Below are positions 27,524 through 39,615 of a DNA stretch of 64,000 nucleotides, in pieces. The stretch covers positions 33,604,001 through 33,668,000 of the forward strand of contig NC_088855.1 in the NCBI RefSeq assembly GCF_963853765.1, written 5' to 3'. The notes under the pieces are model-generated. The model saw only the letters and a list, made by a program, of their open reading frames with translations. It ran no database searches and was not told where the DNA came from. Numbering within the stretch: the first letter of the stretch is position 1; every line of letters starts with the position of its first letter. The translations under genes were made by a program, and so were the position numbers. This DNA comes from Magallana gigas. Lineage: Eukaryota.

Positions 27524-27834
27524 GTCTTCTTTTCACAAATAGACTCACAATCGGTCTCGGAATCGAAGTTTTTCATCCATGTCTGGTCAGTCTCGCCCAA
27601 TAGTTGACTGACATGGCTGCCTAAATAAATTAATTCGGAACATCTCGTTCGCTACATTGTATGTCGATAATAATCCATGAAAATGTCCGAACGTCGACAC
27701 TTGCGAGACTTTCCGAGAAACAACATGTCTGCGCCCATGATAGGTCAGAATCGGGAATGAAGAGTAAAGCATTATCTGCAAAACCTACGACCTAATTTTG
27801 AATACCAGCTGAAGCAGTAGGAGAAGAAAAGAAA
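27524..27834. promoter_or_regulatory. Bidirectional promoter region between DGCR2 (-) and PXMP2 (+)
   Basis: The divergent start codons are only 311 bp apart, and the interval is locally CpG-rich compared with the flanks. Confidence 0.7.
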
Positions 27835-30800
27835 ATGAGTCTAAGCAAGGATAAAGGGGATAAAAACCCACTGGAGAAGGCTCTTGCTGCATATATTAAA
27901 GCCTTGCAGACAAAACCTCTATTGACAAAAGCTATCACAAGGTAAATATTGTGTAAAAAACAAACGAATTAAGCTGACTTATTTGTAATCAGCATGTATG
28001 AAATATGTTTCCGTTTTCAATTAAAGGAAATTCAATTATTTGTTCTGATTTTATTCTGAATGTAGAAAGTAGCTACAGTGCATGGTTTACTCTTCTACTT
28101 TCATTTTCCATAAAGAGTAAGGTTTGAGGTCACAAAATGGAACAAAAGACAACCAATAGACAAATGACAATAGACAAGTGATGGGTGTATCACAAAATAC
28201 AAAAATCATTGCATAAAAAGCAGGTGTCAGAGAACATAAGATGCAATTAAGGTGGCTCACTACATCGTGAAATATTTTCTCAAATCAGCAGAAATTTACT
28301 TGATTATGATAGATATCTTAATGGATAAGAAGTATTTAAGTCTAAAATGCAAAAAATGTGCAATTTTGGATGAAAAATTTATAAATTTTCAAAAATTTAA
28401 TTAAGTTAACATGAACTAAAGCTCCAGGTATATTCGAACTCATGATCTGCACATCAGAATCCCAATACTTTAACCACTGAGCTACGACGATAAACAATCC
28501 AATCAAACGATATAATCAGTTTAACAAAACATTTAAATTGCCATCTTGTGATGTAGTGTCTTAAAAAATATGTGTAGATGTAGTGAGGTACCTTAAAAAA
28601 ATGTTGTTTTTAATAACGTCACCTGATTAGATAAAGGAAACAGCGTGACTTAATTTCACAAAAAATGTAAAAGTTTGACGTGATCACGTGAATAAATTTA
28701 ATCCATATAGATGCAAAAAAAAAAAAACCTGATAGTTTGACAATAGAAGGACCAAGCCCAAAACTAAAGAATTTTCAGTTGAAGTATAGATATTTAGCAG
28801 AAAAATATTGTTAAGAGTATGCTTAATGAATAATTATTTTACATCCAGGTGTATTTACTCATTTTCAGAGGAAAAATGTTTTTAAAAATTACATTATGCA
28901 TTTATCATAGAAACCTAAATACACAAGCATTAGGATATGAATATGTTCCTTAGATTCCTAGATTCTGTGTGTCTTAATAATCATGTTAATATGTATTTTA
29001 ATTATTTCAAATATAGAATCAAAATCATCCAACTTTTGCTATCACATGTATGCAGTGAAAAAATTACTGTCAAGTTTGACCGACGTGAATGAAAGGATTA
29101 ATATTTATCTATTTCATCAAAATATGAATGATCACCTTCTTATTCTACAATGTAAAATGATATCAGAAATAATTTCATAAGACCTCTTTTTTTAAAAGAA
29201 ATCAAGTAATGACTCAGATCCTGAGTTTGAGTACATTGATAAAGAATTAAATAGTTATTGCATCATTTATAGCTTTCCTACCTGTATCATTCTGACAGTA
29301 AATTATAAAAAAAAAAAACGAAAAAACTCACTCACCTGACTATTGATACATGGATTCTAGGATGGATTCCCCAATCTCATCTAATCACTTCTATAATGAT
29401 TTTTGTTAGCTACAATTAACTTTTAATACTTGCTAGTATGTGCTACTTACTTCTTAATAATATTGACATACCAAAGACAATAATTACATGTACCAGTACA
29501 TGTTATAAATTTGACTGTGTATTAGACTGAATAATTGTTTGTATTTCAGCGGATGCATTGCTTCGATTGGAAGTTTGGTCTCTCAGCTGATTGTTCCTAA
29601 TCCAGCAACTGGTGGAAAAATTGCATGGAGGAGTGTTGCTGCTTATGGAGCATTTGGGTATAGTGTACATTGAATTATCATAATGTATATATATATATAC
29701 CGGTAATTGTATATATAAAATGTAAAAAGTGTAGTTATTTTTCTTTCATTTTGGTGTGAAGAGGAAACAATACTTCAAATTTTTTATAGTGGGTTTGATG
29801 ATAATAATCTGGATATAGCACAAAATTTGTGTCATGCTAAATTATTTCCACTAAAACAGTAGCGGGCTCAAACTTGATAATTTGAAGCAGATTAGAGCAG
29901 AGGACACATGACAGATATTTATGTAACAGCTAGTGGATCATGAGGAAAAAATGAGATTAGATAAAATCAGTTAAGGATCATCGTCAGCAATCCAAGGCCA
30001 GATTTATACAGCTTACTGATAGTGGAGCAACTCAGTGATATTTTCTCATTCTGATAAACAATTCATGCCTTATTTCAATTGGCTCCTTTACACTTTCATG
30101 AAGGAAATCAAAGCAATCTTGGTAATACGAAATGTATGCTTTCAGGAAACTAACAAGAGGCACAAGGGCCACATCACTCACATGAGCAGTGATGTCTTGA
30201 CCAAAGTATATTGGAAATTGGAACCAACTGTAAAATTAGAATCCCTTTTGTAACCCCCCCCCATTTGCCCCCAGTAAATATGATATGAATGGATTTGAGA
30301 ATTCTTCATATTTGCTTGTTTCTATTTTAGTTTCAAAACTGGTAGCTTCATAACAATTGATACTTTTTGCCTACTGTTGGTTTAATACTGGTAAAACTGG
30401 TCCAATTGTTCTAATGAAAAACTTACAATTCAAATCACAGACCCCCAACATCATCCCCACCACCCCATCCTGGGAGTCTCTAAAGGGGTAACTGCAAGAC
30501 TATACTTTAAAATTACCGTATGTAGACTTACTCAGTCTGGTACATGTATATGTACTTGCTTTGATATGTGTATTAATTTCACAAAATATAGTTTTTGAAC
30601 AAATCAAAATTTACCGTATGTTAGTAAGCTTTTGTAAATGGTAACAGGATTTTAAGCAATTGATTATACCTACAGTTAACAAAAATCTGCCGCAACCGAG
30701 AAAACCGTTACTATACTTATCTATAAACTACAGTTTTTGAACCAGCTAGTTTAACAATTGATCAAAATTATACCGGTTATAGATTCTAACCCTGAATCAT

Positions 30801-32059
30801 TTTACATGTATGTGGATCATAAGTTGAACTTCATCTTTCTATATACATTTTAGAAAAGAATCAAACCAAATATGAAGTCAAAGTTTTAAGATAAACATTT
30901 ATTTTACATTTCAGATTTGTTGTGAGTGGTCCTTTAATTCACCAGTTCTATATCCTGTTGGACAAAATGATGCCACCGAAAAAGGAAAAGGCCACAGCCC
31001 TTGATGGCATCAAGAGAGTCATTGTGGATAGACTTGTGTTTGCTCCACCCTTCCTGTTATTGTTTTTTTATGTCATTACAATTCTAGAGGTGAGTAGATA
31101 GTGTATTTTTGTTTTCAGATTTTTTTCTAATCAATCACATAATGCAAGTTTTATTATTTTTTGTTTAAAAAAAAACCTATTTTGTTTACAGAATGAAATG
31201 AGTGTATTTTTAAATTAGGATGGTACAGTATATTTTGTGGTACAGTAATATAATCATATACAATTAAGAACAGTATGTTGCATCTTATGAATTGTTAGAT
31301 TTGAGAATTGTATGAGAATTGTAGGAGTCATCATTAATATGAAACAACTAAATTTTGTGGGTTGTCACTCAGATATTTGTTGATTCAAGATTACCTGATC
31401 AGATTTTTCTGACACAAATACATGAAAAATATTATCCTTTCTCACTTAAAAAAGTACTTTTTAACAGGGTCAAGGTCACCAGGCAGCCATTGCTAGAATC
31501 AAAGAGTCCTTCTGGCCAGTCTTGAAGTTGAATATACAGGTGTGGACAGTGTTTCAGTACATCAACATCAACTATGTTCCACCAAAGGTAACCTTTTTAT
31601 CCGGATGGTCACATATGTGCTTATAATAATGAAATATTCAGGAAAAATGTTAATACTCCAAAAAAAATTTATGCTGAGACAAATGTCAATTACATTTTAT
31701 TCTTGAAATGAATGTATCGGTATGTACAATTGTAAAAAAAGGTAGTGAATGAATTGGACTTTATACATTGTATTTTACTGTGGTTTTCTGAGAGAAGAGG
31801 GTGTGTAAGGTGGAGGGAGGTTGTTTAAAAATTGACATAAAAATGAAAGAAAATTTACATTAGACTATGTATTGCCAGTGGGTCAGAAAGAAACTGAATC
31901 AAAGTCTGGATAAATGTTTTAAGTTGTAAAGGGAATTAATTTTGTTTTACTTCTTTGTTCTTTCAGTATAGAGTATTATTTGGGAATGTTCTGGCTCTGG
32001 TTTGGTCTGTATTTGTGGCGTCTAAGAGAAGGAAGATGGCCCTTGCTAGCCAGAAGTAA
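27835..32059 (+). CDS. PXMP2: Peroxisomal membrane protein 2 (Mpv17/PMP22 family)
   Basis: join(27835-27941,29550-29657,30915-31089,31468-31587,31967-32059), 200 aa, in phase. Motifs YIKALQTKPLLTKAITSG, GFVVSGPLIHQFY, VDRLVFAPPF, FWPVLKLNIQVWTVFQYININYVPPKYRVLFGNVLALVW. Confidence 0.92.
28251..28592. mobile_element. Kolobok-like MITE containing a tRNA-like internal segment
   Basis: TTAA on both flanks; TIR ggtggctcactaca / tgtagtgaggtacc; minus-strand A-box and B-box-like sequence at about 28420-28490. Confidence 0.7.
30098..30300. mobile_element. Helentron-associated (HINE/pearl-like) interspersed repeat fragment
   Basis: Begins aacaagaggcacaagggccacatcactcacatgag, a palindromic terminus I recall from oyster HINE elements. 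Confidence 0.45.
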
Positions 32060-33239
32060 CCAGTGTGTTTGATGAGAAAAAACAGTACAAACGTTCACAT
32101 TCCAGCACCATTATGAACTGTCATTAGTCATAGTTGCCAAACCTTTGTTACTTAATTTGTACATGTAATCTATGTACAGTTTAGTAACAAATACATTATT
32201 TTTTGATACAAGTGAAATCCCTAGAATTATGTATGGCATTTTTATATAAACATTTACCACTTTTAATTTCTGTGTAATTTTGTATAATATTATCATTTTA
32301 CTCAGATGTATGATTTGTTGATTTAATTGACTTAACAAAGACAGCTCTTGATATTTATGACTTTTACCAATCATCTTTGTTTTACATGGGGATTTGAATC
32401 CTACTGTCCCTGTTTTCTTAAAACCATTAAATGTACTACAAACAATAATATATGCATCATGTAGTAAGTTAATTTAACTATGTTAGTTTTTCTATGATTA
32501 TTTAAACCCACAAAAAAACTTTAATTAGGAAAATTAAAGGTACACAATTAAGTACATGTACTACTTTCTGAATATCAATGAAGATTTGAATGTGTTTCAT
32601 TCGATCTGATGATAGATAAATGAATCAGCCAATGATAAATCTTATATAATTTATCCAACAAATATGGGAGAAAATTACTAATACAGATACCAATACTTGA
32701 TGTTTAAAACATTTATTTTTTGTGGCATGATATCTTCCTTGTTACAACAATAACATCTACCATTAACAAAAATATAGGTGTTTTAATGTCAAGGGTCAGT
32801 GGAGACTGTACCATTTGTCCCACTTTGAACAGCTCTAGCCTTTCACAGAAAAACACCTGTCTGTTGTTCTGTAAAATGTTGGAGGTGTTCCAGATGCCAT
32901 TTGTCCTTGTTCAGTAAATTGTTACCGGTACCATGCACTGATAAACTTTTGTGATATTTGTTGTGTTATTTTCTTACAAATGGGAACACATTTTGTATTA
33001 TATTTAGTTAAAAGTTGTTCCAGTTACTTCAAACTGGTGAATATTATATAGTTAGTATATATGTATTATAATGATAACAATGTACATTTTTGATTACTGC
33101 GATATGTTCAAAGAAATCAATATCACAGGCGATATATACTAAAGTATTGATACTATAAATAAATGCATTCTTATTTTTTTTAAGTGATTTCTTTTTTGGT
33201 ATGATGAATGAATTATCCATCTATGTCATCTAGCTATCT

Positions 33240-33265
33240 CAGTGGCGTCGGAAGCAAATTGAAAG

Positions 33266-33303
<38 letters not shown>

Positions 33304-33579
33304 CGCTGGACTAATCCTCAGAAATCTTGACAAAAAAAAACCAAAAACAAACTTAATTCCCAAAACCATTAAAATCCTAAATGGGGGGGGGGGGGGGGGG
33401 GGGGGGGGGCTAGTATACCTATGACTCCAAGGTAAATTTAGGAACAATTATCTTTGCTGCAAGAAAAGAAAAAGTGGGGGGGGGGGACTGAACCCTCTAT
33501 GCTGCTATGTGCCTCATGGTTAGGTCTAACTTTGCCAAAAAAGGTGGAGGGGCTTAGCCCCCCGGTTCCGACGCCTATG
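33240..33579. mobile_element. MITE with CA(G/T)(T/A)GGCGTCGGAA TIRs and long internal poly-G tracts
   Basis: cagtggcgtcggaa ... ttccgacgcctatg, flanked by TATCT on both sides (33235-33239 and 33580-33584). A related inverted fragment (ttttcttgcagcaaa) lies near 9130. Confidence 0.75.
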
Positions 33580-34249
33580 TATCTCATCCATATTTCAATT
33601 GATGTTTTTGGTTATTTTTAGAGATTGGCCTAGCTTCCTCAGAATTAATATATATGTAAATTTAAAGATATATCCACAAAATAATATAACAAAAGTATGA
33701 AATTATTACACCAACTAAAATATTTTAAGATAGATAGTGAATCCCCTCATTTTAGAGATGTTAATTATTCCCAAAAAAAAAAATTGTCTTTTTACAAAAT
33801 GGGGGTGGGGGTATACTTAAATGTACCTATGATCTGAATTGGCAATTCATATATTTTGTAAAAATCAGTTGTTAGAGTAATAAAATATTTATATGAATTT
33901 ATGTATAAATTTGTTTTTTGTTTTATTTCATTGACATAGAGAAAGAGAGAGTATGACATTTTTCTCCAATGAGTAATGATTGATCTTTCATGGAATGCAA
34001 TGTACAGCATGTGTCAACTGAAATTTTTAGATGATTAAAGCCTTGGAATTATGAGAAACAGTTTAATATTGATGTGGAGGTTATATATGTTATTTATGTC
34101 TCTGATATTAATTCCAACCATTCAGTATTTATGGAAGTATTGCCCAATAATATGACAAGTTATAACTTACACTATAAAAGTGCATGTGCACTTACATGAA
34201 ATATTTACATTGAGAGGATCTCTTGATTTTTTCCAAGTAATTATGAATT

Positions 34250-34364
34250 CGTCTTCACTAGCCAAGAGTTTTCGGTCTACACTGCTCCCCATTTATAGCT
34301 AAAGGTTTACTGTCCCCGTTAATGGGGAGCGGAGTTGACCGAAAACCCTTAGCTAGCAAAGATG
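34250..34364. repeat. Palindromic hairpin element (CATCTTCGCTAGCCAAG family) with a short spacer
   Basis: tcttcactagccaagagttttcggtc...gctccccatt pairs with aatggggagc...gaccgaaaacccttagctagcaaaga. Confidence 0.75.
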
Positions 34365-34719
34365 TTATAAACTGTAAAATAGGGAATCTCTAATTATGAT
34401 ATGTTAATGTGTATGAAGCTCTCCAGATTCAACATATTTAGTCACTTTTTTGCTACACTGCGTATATATCTGTCTCTTGCACTAAGTTATGTTACAAAAA
34501 ATCAACCCCCACCCCCACCCCACCCCACTTATTTGTCATCTGTGACTTATCATCATTTTTTTCATGTCTTATTTAATTTGAGTTACTTCAAAGATATAAG
34601 ATAAAGATTGTTAAAAGAGTATTATTTTTCTTCATAAAATCGAAATGCTTATGTACAACTTAACTTATTAACGAATAAACTGGTTCTCTACAAGAGCTAG
34701 TTCTCCTGTCGCAAAAACA

Positions 34720-37629
34720 ATGATATTAAGGACAAGGTATTTTTTTTATGAATTAATATTGCTAATACATCTTTTACGCTGCAAAAAGAATTCCGTTTTT
34801 GATATAATGCCAAGATATTTCGTTAATGAATTTGCAATATTAGTCAAATGATCAAAATTCAAAATTTTCGTTCTCAACTCGAATTTTCTCTTTATAAACT
34901 TCTGTCATCCTATCTTGCCTAAAGTAATTGTACTATCGATCTTGATAGAGTATGAACACTTGGCTGTGATACACATACTTACCACCTCTTACACTGTTTA
35001 ATGAGAAAGATTATATTAAAGCTGTGAAATATGATTAATACCAAGCTGATCTAATACTGCTTCGGACAGTAATTATGTTGATTACAACTGTCAAGACTGT
35101 AATACATTTATTCGTTATTGTAGCCTTAACAGCCTTTTTAGGAGCCAGATAAGTAATGAAACAAAGAGAACTATAGTATCGAAAGTCAGAAGACAAGGTA
35201 AGACATTATATGGTCATGTGTATAGCTTTAGCTGCAGGTGGATGGATGACATAGGAACTACAGTGCCTCCCTCAGTGAAAAACTGCAATTTACGGTGCAC
35301 ATAAAATGGACTGATCAATCATATTTCCTAATACATTCTGTACAAATATTTGACTCCAAAAATTCATCGGATATTTTACTACAGTTATCGTCACTTAACT
35401 TGCTTCTGATATTCTTTTAAACACCATCTCCAGCCCCATAATCTGAAGTGGTGCAGTTTGTTCACATGTTTAAATGGTGACTCTTGATCTCGATTTAAAT
35501 TTAATGATCTCTGAATCTCAGCAATGTTCGATAACTCTAAATTATCCCTGAATTTTTTTCTTCATACCAGGACATACAATAAATCTTCTTTTTATACAGA
35601 TAAATTTACGAAGAGATGTAGTTTAAATATAATGCTCAGATATTCAATGAGCTGTTTGGCTTAGTTGCTCTATGGAGACCTACTACATGAAGATAAAAGG
35701 GTTCGAGTCACAAATCCACTGGGTTTTTTTTTTTCTAATATGATCTCAACTTGTAGATTTATTCCATTTTTAGTTATGCATTGTGGCCAAAATTGCAAAT
35801 TTGTAAAAATGCATGGATATCATAAAAAGTTCTTTTTATTTTATTTCACTAATAAAGTTTGAAGGATTAATAACATTTTTATGATGTAAAAAATACTTAA
35901 AGGCTGAGGATAAGAGAACCTTAGCATACTTCATTTTCTGAGGTCAGGTAGTGTGTTTTGGAGAAAGTTTGAGGCAAGTAAAGTTAGATATCAGTAGGAA
36001 ATTACCTATTGAGTGCAGCAGCTGCACAGATTACAGACAATTTGTCCACTGTAAAAATTATAGCCCTTATCCAATTCCCACTTAAGCACCCATCTTCACT
36101 AACCAAGGGTTTTCAGTCCACTTTGCTCCCCATATGGGGAGCAAAGTGGACCAAAAACCCTTGGCTAGCGAAGATGGGGAGCAAAGTGGACCAAAAACCC
36201 TTGGCTAGCGAAGATGGGGAGCAAAATGGACTGAAAACCCTTGGCTAGCGAAGATGTTAACCACCTTGCCCTCATCTAAAAACAAACCTTGCCGAACCAA
36301 AATACAAGTACTTGCCCTCACCCACATATCATCTTTAACCCTAGATAGAATGTTCTATCGTTAAAATGACAAATGTCCTACGGACCCAGTTAAGACTGTG
36401 ACCTGTGACCTTATGTAGCCTGGTCAGGGTAAGATTATTTTTTCTATTTTAACCCCATCTTCTCCATCAAATCAAACATTTTTGAAGGTTTTAAAATGAA
36501 ATTACTTAAAAATTTATTATACTGGTACTGAACTTGCGAAAATGATATGTTGCTGCCATATAGCAGAGTACTGTATACAGGGAAGTATTCACCCCCCCCC
36601 CCCATGTTATTTTAACCCCTTTTGCCCTCATTGTCAGCGAGCATTTAAGACCAGGCGAATTCCAGTCGCTCATATTATCACTCTTTAAACATACAATGTA
36701 ACTGCATCTGGGTGAATTCAAGATGGGGCAAAACTGTTTGCAAGTGCAGATGGGGGAAAATTACACGGGGTGAAAATAACCCTGTACTCAATATTATTTA
36801 AGGAATAGGGAATCATTCTTTGACTGAGTATTATGAGGTGAAATCCAATAAAGCCCAAAGGGCTTTATAATAGATTCGAAAACACTCCGACCGAAATTAT
36901 CACCTCATAATATTCAAAGGATGATTCCTTAAATACTTATATTTATATTATTTCCAATTTGTACACTTTAAAACAACATAATTTAATGTAAAATATATCA
37001 GGTTACAAACACCTAATTTAATATATTTTTGGGCTAACACAGCCACATTTTGATACCAAGGTAAATTAACCCATCATCAATTCTTATACGAATAGGTTGC
37101 ATTAAATGATAATTATTTATTCTTTCTAAAGATGGATTGCTTCGTCCAAAACAACAGCCAGATAACCCTTTAATATTTGAAAGGTCGGTGCAGAATAGAG
37201 ACTTGATTTGGTTTGGAGTTTGGACGCTCTGTTTCTTTGAAGCTGTTTACCTTGCCAAAAGATGGTATGCGAGATACACAAGCAATGAAAAGTACATCAG
37301 GTAATGTTTTTGAAAGTTTTTGGATTATGGTATTGTAAAAGGCACATTGATAAATAATAGCATTGTTGTATGTATTATACAGTCAAACTTCATTATCTCG
37401 AACTAGATGGGACTGTTTTAAAACTTCAAGATATTTAAGTATTCAAGATATTAAGGGTAAAATGCTAAAAATTAAGTGGTTGGAACTTACATATGACTTC
37501 GCCATATCCACTGTATTCGAGATATCAGTGTTCAAGATAAGTTCAACTATACAAGTTAAACATTTTATATTTTTTCTTTTTTTACATAGGGCAAGATTTC
37601 CCTCCTTTGTCATTAGCACGGAATTCTAA
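34720..37629 (+). CDS. Uncharacterised 93-aa single-pass membrane microprotein, possibly mitochondrial (weakly COX7C/COX7A-like)
   Basis: join(34720-34736,35142-35197,37132-37300,37590-37629), 282 nt. Canonical GT-AG introns with matching phases 2,1,2, and AATAAA about 90 nt after the stop. Product MILRTRSQISNETKRTIVSKVRRQDGLLRPKQQPDNPLIFERSVQNRDLIWFGVWTLCFFEAVYLAKRWYARYTSNEKYIRARFPSFVISTEF. Confidence 0.68.
36091..36256. repeat. Palindromic hairpin element with the right arm amplified to three 40-bp tandem copies
   Basis: Left arm 36091-36133 abuts the right arm with no loop. Unit atggggagcaaagtggaccaaaaacccttggctagcgaag starts at 36134, 36174 and 36214. Confidence 0.9.
36569..36790. mobile_element. 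MITE, TACTGTATACAGGG family
   Basis: tactgtatacaggg...aaaataaccctgtac; a related fragment (ttgaatt..gcccagat/gcaaacggttt) lies at about 15729-15830. Confidence 0.65.
37378..37551. mobile_element. MITE, TACAGTCAAAC family, inside intron 3 of the microprotein gene
   Basis: tacagtcaaacttcattatctcgaac ... gttcaagataagttcaactata; imperfect inverted ends. Confidence 0.65.
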
Positions 37630-39431
37630 AGAACATGTAGAGATCTAAAGAACATTCTTAATTCATCTAAAGAACAGATGAACTAAGTTACATATATGTG
37701 TATTATTCCTTTTAATGAAATAAAATAAAATGAAATTATGATTTTACTGAGTGCAACTTAAATTGATGTACATTTTATCAAATAAGAGTGTTTATATCAT
37801 TAATTATTTCTTTAACCAGGGGTTTTCGGTCCTCTCTACTCCTCATTTTCACTAATTGATCAGATTTGAAGCAGCTTTTATAAAGTCTACTAATAAATGT
37901 ATAGCATTTGTTCATATTTTTAGCAACATAAAAACAATATCTGACAGTAAATGTACTGAAAATTGGCAAGAAATTACATCTTTAAGATCGACATCTCCTG
38001 AAATGAAGATTATGAAAAACAATTTATTGATTAAAGATCAATATATACCTTTTACAGACTTAAAACTAAAACTTATTGTGTTTGAAGACAATGTTAAATG
38101 TACATGTGTATTACAGAAAATTAATGGTTAATGTCATACTAATTCATTGAATGAAAATGGGTATATAAATAAATACCCTTCCCTCAATCCTCAACAATAG
38201 AAAGAGGGTCTATTTATATTTATTTCATATGCAATGTTCATTTATTCAAAGGGGATTCTGATGTACAAAGGATGTTTTCTTTTGAGAATCTCTCTCTCTC
38301 TCTCTCTCGATCGAGAAAAAAGATGGCTTTATTCTGCCTATCCCGCTCTTGATAATATGTATTCCTAAAATACATGGACAATGTATCACCATGAAAAATT
38401 ATGCAATATATTTATTCCAAAAAAAAAATCGACATTCCCCTGCCAATGAAGAGACCGTGCCCAACAAATATAGAACAATTACTGTGCGAATAGACACCAG
38501 GGTCCTCTTCATTTAGCACGAGTTCTCGTCATTTAGCACGAGTCGGTCAGCGCCGATCTTCGGCCCCATGACAGGTGCTTCATTCATATTCTGGCGTCAG
38601 AACCCTCCCCAATAAAAAGGACAGCCCCGGCCGCTGAGTCTTTCCCTCGGAGAGACTCTGGTTGGTTGCCATGTTTTCTTGTTCAGACGCCATAGGTACG
38701 TTTTATTTGATTATAATCTAGCAACAATTAATTTAACCTTATTTTTTTTTTGTATTAAATACAAGTAACATATCTTGACGTGAAAAATTCAAACGCGAAT
38801 AATGTTGTTTATAAGTCAATACGAAATATTACATGTTTTTCAACATATGACTAAAATTCACAGTATAATTTTCATTTTAAATGTCGTTTATATATACTAT
38901 AGTGTTGGCTATATTACATTTCAAAAATTCATTACCATGTGATTTAAACAGCGATTTTTTAAAAAACAATTTGAGTTTTGTTTTTCGAGAATAAACAAAG
39001 TTTTCACATTTTGTATTCAATCGTCTGATATGTCTGAATAAGAACTTTCAATTTACATGCATTGTTCCATGTACTTATATGTTAAAAAGGCGATAAAAGA
39101 ATTGCATGTATGTAACATCAAGACCAGAGCTAGTGAAGAAATAAACATATAAATATATAAAATAAAGCATATTTTGGGTGTATCAGATACGAAAAAATCC
39201 AATGGTTTACTTTAGGAGAGGTAAAGGAAAGATATTCTCTTAGCTTAATTGCTTGCCTTTTATAAAAAACGAAAAAGAACAAAATTACTTTTTTATTATA
39301 GTAATTAGTGTATCAATATACAGGGCGCAAAGTTCATCTAAGGTACAAACTCATTATTTCATTCATTATTAAAAAACGCACGTCGTAAAAATTATTTGTA
39401 GATTTTTTTTTTCATTGTTGATTACATGAAT

Positions 39432-39615
39432 NNNNNNNNNNNNNNNNNNNNNNNNNNNNNNNNNNNNNNNNNNNNNNNNNNNNNNNNNNNNNNNNNNNNN
39501 NNNNNNNNNNNNNNNNNNNNNNNNNNNNNNNNNNNNNNNNNNNNNNNNNNNNNNNNNNNNNNNNNNNNNNNNNNNNNNNNNNNNNNNNNNNNNNNNNNNN
39601 NNNNNNNNNNNNNNN
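39432..39615. other. Assembly gap (run of N)
   Basis: 184 consecutive N. Confidence 1.

Noticed and set aside
32720-32930. Higher-GC patch downstream of PXMP2 as a coding exon
   Set aside because: Short frames on both strands with no convincing splice partners; probably UTR or intergenic.
33226-33447. Poly-proline ORF
   Set aside because: Artefact of poly-G tracts in a MITE.
35233-35238. 6-nt in-frame microexon (CTGCAG) in the microprotein gene
   Set aside because: The upstream intron would be only 35 nt and the donor GTGGAT is weak.
36134-36256. Three 40-bp direct repeats as a CRISPR-like array
   Set aside because: The repeats are contiguous with no unique spacers, there are no cas genes, and the context is eukaryotic; it is a hairpin-derived minisatellite.
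38480-38700. RNase P or RNase MRP RNA gene
   Set aside because: GGAAAGACTCAG does not fit the CR-I consensus (GGAARNUCNGNG / GAAAGUCCCC), and I found no CR-V element.
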